This document shows positions 42,346 to 44,830 of a stretch of DNA of 44,830 nt, piece after piece; positions within the stretch are counted from its first letter, which is position 1, and each line of letters opens with the position of its first letter. The notes below the pieces were generated by a model, which saw nothing but the letters and a program-made list of their open reading frames with translations, had not been told where the DNA came from and ran no database searches. The translations under genes and the position numbers were made by a program. The stretch lies in the NCBI GenBank assembly GCA_028696515.1, contig JAQVGX010000002.1:1-44830 (forward strand), read 5' to 3'. The stretch is from Candidatus Dojkabacteria bacterium (GTDB lineage: Bacteria; Patescibacteriota; Dojkabacteria; JAHIVN01).

Positions 42346-43210
42346 CTTTTTTTAAAATTTTAATATTAATCCAAGCTAAAACTTTTTCCCTATTCATTAT
42401 GAGTTGCTGAATTATAACAAAGACGCTTTGCACCGTCCAGAAAACACTTATTCCGGAAGGAAATACTTTCCCGCCTCCCCAATAACCAAGAGATGTGATG
42501 ATAGTAAAAATAGGAAAAATAAACATCATCTGCTTACTTGCCATCCCCATCATAGCAGACATATCTGGCATATCATCTTCTTTTTTCTTTTTCTTCTTTT
42601 TCGTATCCTTCTTCTTTTCTTCTTTCTTTGCTCCAAATGACTTTATCCCACTCAAGATCTGAGTTGAGATAAGCTGCGAAAAACCTACCAGGACAGCAAG
42701 AATAACATATGGAATTATTTTACTATCACTCCAAGCAAAGTCAGTGGCTACTTTAGAGAGATCCATCCCCAAAAAGTGAAGATTTATAACAGTTCCATCA
42801 GCAAATTTAGTGATAAATGGGTAGGCTACTTCGTTGAATGCAGCCGCTCCATTTTCCACTAAAGCTCTTATGACATTTCTCACCTGAATAAGAAAGATTA
42901 TGAGAATGATCATCGGAAGACATCCACCTATCTGACCAGGCAGATACTTCGCCTGCAATTTTGCCATCTCTTCATTCAGCTTCTCTTTATTCTTACCGTA
43001 TTTCTTCTTCAAGGCTTCGTACTTCTTCTGAAATTCTTTTCCCCTCTCTGCTGATTTGATTTGGGCTTTAGTCATAGGATAGGTGATAATCCTGCTGAAA
43101 ACAGCAACCCCAACTATAGCCCATCCGAGATTATCGCCCAAAAGTCTATAGAAAAAGACGAGAATATTAAATGTAGGCTGATAAAATAGTATTTGGAAAA
43201 TATTACCCAT
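42314..43210 (-). CDS. yidC: Membrane protein insertase YidC (short, Gram-positive/Oxa1-like form)
   Basis: GWAIVGVAVFSRIITYPMTKAQIKS...MAKLQAKYLPGQIGGCLPMIILIIFLIQV... These are the YidC/Oxa1 core motifs, with a lysine-rich cytoplasmic loop (KKEEKKKDTKKKKKKKE). The gene overlaps khpB by 32 nt. Confidence 0.85.
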   Translation of the reverse strand: MGNIFQILFYQPTFNILVFFYRLLGDNLGWAIVGVAVFSRIITYPMTKAQIKSAERGKEFQKKYEALKKKYGKNKEKLNEEMAKLQAKYLPGQIGGCLPMIILIIFLIQVRNVIRALVENGAAAFNEVAYPFITKFADGTVINLHFLGMDLSKVATDFAWSDSKIIPYVILAVLVGFSQLISTQILSGIKSFGAKKEEKKKDTKKKKKKKEDDMPDMSAMMGMASKQMMFIFPIFTIITSLGYWGGGKVFPSGISVFWTVQSVFVIIQQLIMNREKVLAWINIKILKKDEGQGTSKKS

Positions 43211-43520
43211 TAGTCATCAATACAGAAAATTACTGCGCTGATTGTATCAGTAGATATCTTAATAGTCAATTCTATAAGCCGTATTATGAAAAACGGATCT
43301 CCTGTTGTTCTAAAGCTAGAGTGAGGAAGCCGGTAGAGGTTAGGAGAATAAGTCAGTGCATCAATACATCATCAGTTTTTGCTTCACCACCCTACCCTAA
43401 CAAAATACTAAACGGGCCTCCCCATCCTGACCTTGACCACATTTTTATTCAACTTTATCCTTACACCCCTCTGTGATAAAATGCTCTTAAATCCAAGCAC
43501 TAACTTTAATAAAAGAAAAA

Positions 43521-44102
43521 ATGATGCCTATAACACGTGACCAATCAGCAGCACTTCTCGATAAACATGTCACCACTGACTGGATTAAGCTCCATAGTCG
43601 TGAGACAGAGGTCATCATGCAGGCTTTAGCTGAGAAGTTCGGTGAAGATCAAGATCTTTGGGGGTTAACAGGATTATTACATGACCTCGACATGGACAAA
43701 GTTGACGTAAACGAACCTAAAGATCATGGAAAAATAACCTCTGAACTTCTAAAAGAAGAGTTCGGCGATGATCTTCCAGGTGAGATGATTCATGCCATTC
43801 AAGCTCACTGTGAAAATCTTGGATATCTGGAAGTAAAAAGAGAGTCGAAACTTGATTTCGCATTAGCTGCAGCAGAGAACATATCTGGATTTCTCGTAGC
43901 CTGCGCACTTGTTATGCCGGATAAAAAGTTGGCATCAGTCAAGCCTGATTCGGTCATCAAAAAGCTAAAAAAGAAAGATTTCGCACGAAAGGTAAACCGA
44001 GATTTCATATATGATATAGACAAGACAGGTTTATCGCTTGAAGAATTTGTTGAGCTGGCGCTCAAGGCGGTAAGTGGGATAGGCAAGGAAATAGGGTTGT
44101 AA
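43521..44102 (+). CDS. HD-domain phosphohydrolase
   Basis: H..E (LHSRETE), GLLHDLDMDK and HAIQAH give the H-HD-H metal-binding pattern of the HD superfamily. 193 aa. Confidence 0.7.
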   Translation: MMPITRDQSAALLDKHVTTDWIKLHSRETEVIMQALAEKFGEDQDLWGLTGLLHDLDMDKVDVNEPKDHGKITSELLKEEFGDDLPGEMIHAIQAHCENLGYLEVKRESKLDFALAAAENISGFLVACALVMPDKKLASVKPDSVIKKLKKKDFARKVNRDFIYDIDKTGLSLEEFVELALKAVSGIGKEIGL

Positions 44103-44137
44103 CGTCAAATTGTTATTCAGAGCAAACAAAAAAAACT

Positions 44138-44715
44138 ATGGAAGAACATACTGAAGTCCCTGGATCTATGTTACCTCTTGATGATAAAATTAAATCAATT
44201 AAGGATAGGCTTATCCTAACTTACGAATTCTTTACTCCTGGGGAATGGGATATTCCTGTGTTTGTGGAGAGTCTCCAAGAAGCTTTAAGCAAGAACTGGG
44301 AATATCTGAGATTCTGCAAGAATTTTCACAAGCACATCCGAATATAGTTTTTGCCTCAGTAAGCATGGATTGGTTTAATCACCCGGATTTCATGAGATAC
44401 GGACAGCGAGCTGGTCCCGATACAACCCCAAATCACGCTCTTAGACAAATTGTAGTTCAAATGACTAGCAATAGTCCTATCCTGCTCTTAGATAGGAACA
44501 GTCTCAGATTTTGTCTGGAAGCACTTTTTGCCAAACCCTTAAATGACCATCTAGAACCTAGCTGGATTTCTGCAAGAGCATTTACTCCGGAAGTAGTTAA
44601 CTGGTACATATACAATCATGCTCTCTATGCTATGACATATAATCCGGGGGGTAAGGTGATTCAGTGGTCAAGAAGATTTCAGCGTATCCGATATCTGAAA
44701 AAGAGGCATAATTAA
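44138..44715 (+). CDS. Hypothetical protein, apparently split by a frameshift near 44295-44310
   Basis: ORFs 44138..44347 and 44245..44715 overlap by 103 nt in different frames. The protein-like translation switches from ..DIPVFVESLQEALSKNWE to ISEILQEFSQAHPNIVFASVSMDWFNHPDF.., so this is either one gene with an indel or assembly error, or two small genes. Confidence 0.35.
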
Positions 44716-44830
44716 AAAAATTTGTGGGTAAAAGTAGCATTTCGTACCGTCATTGTGGTATAAAGCATAATTTCCTTAAATTTATGAATAAAAAAGTGTA
44801 CGAAATGTGGATCTTTAAAAACTCAAAAGC

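Noticed and set aside
43211-43520. Expected rpmH-rnpA upstream of yidC
   Set aside because: The minus strand of this 310-bp gap encodes no Lys/Arg-rich L34-like peptide or RNase P protein ORF. The classical rpmH-rnpA-yidC-jag cluster is therefore incomplete here, which is an absence rather than a feature.

Overview
AT-rich (mid-30s %GC by eye), gene-dense bacterial segment, mostly coded on the minus strand. It uses the standard code: TGA, TAA and TAG all terminate recognisable core genes. Gene content and protein style suggest a Patescibacteria/CPR-like organism, with a minimal housekeeping set and many orphan membrane proteins (inference only). Recognisable housekeeping genes: an FtsH-like 5' fragment, elongator tRNA-Met, initiator tRNA-fMet, FtsB/DivIC-like, a Xer-type tyrosine recombinase, tRNA-Ile with the rare TAT anticodon, smpB, groES-groEL with a sigma70-type promoter and CIRCE-like operator, a ClpB/ClpC-like AAA+ protein, an FtsA/PilM-like ATPase, family-4 UDG, rsmI, L25/Ctc, jag/khpB and yidC. 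The most unusual part is 2.6-17.3 kb. It holds six divergent paralogs of a VirB2/TrbC-like two-helix pilin module, five of them in tandem and several carrying Cys-rich ectodomains. With them sit a VirD4/TraG-type coupling-ATPase homolog with a large unassigned N-terminal domain, a coiled-coil SpoIID/LytB wall-remodelling protein, a GT-C-like polytopic membrane protein and an NHL-propeller membrane protein. I read this as a candidate non-canonical T4SS-derived surface or filament system. Other notable items: a degraded MNT-HepT toxin-antitoxin cassette bracketed by a duplicated 3' end of the clp-like gene; a GC-richer island (about 30.4-36.7 kb) with orphan genes, a protease-less Lon-like ATPase, an RHH-PIN pair and a roughly 591-codon HExxH gene with two in-frame stops and two frameshifts; and a hairpin-dense 578-bp intergenic region upstream of rsmI that may encode an ncRNA or a MITE-like element. 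I saw no rRNA, CRISPR array or intact transposase.
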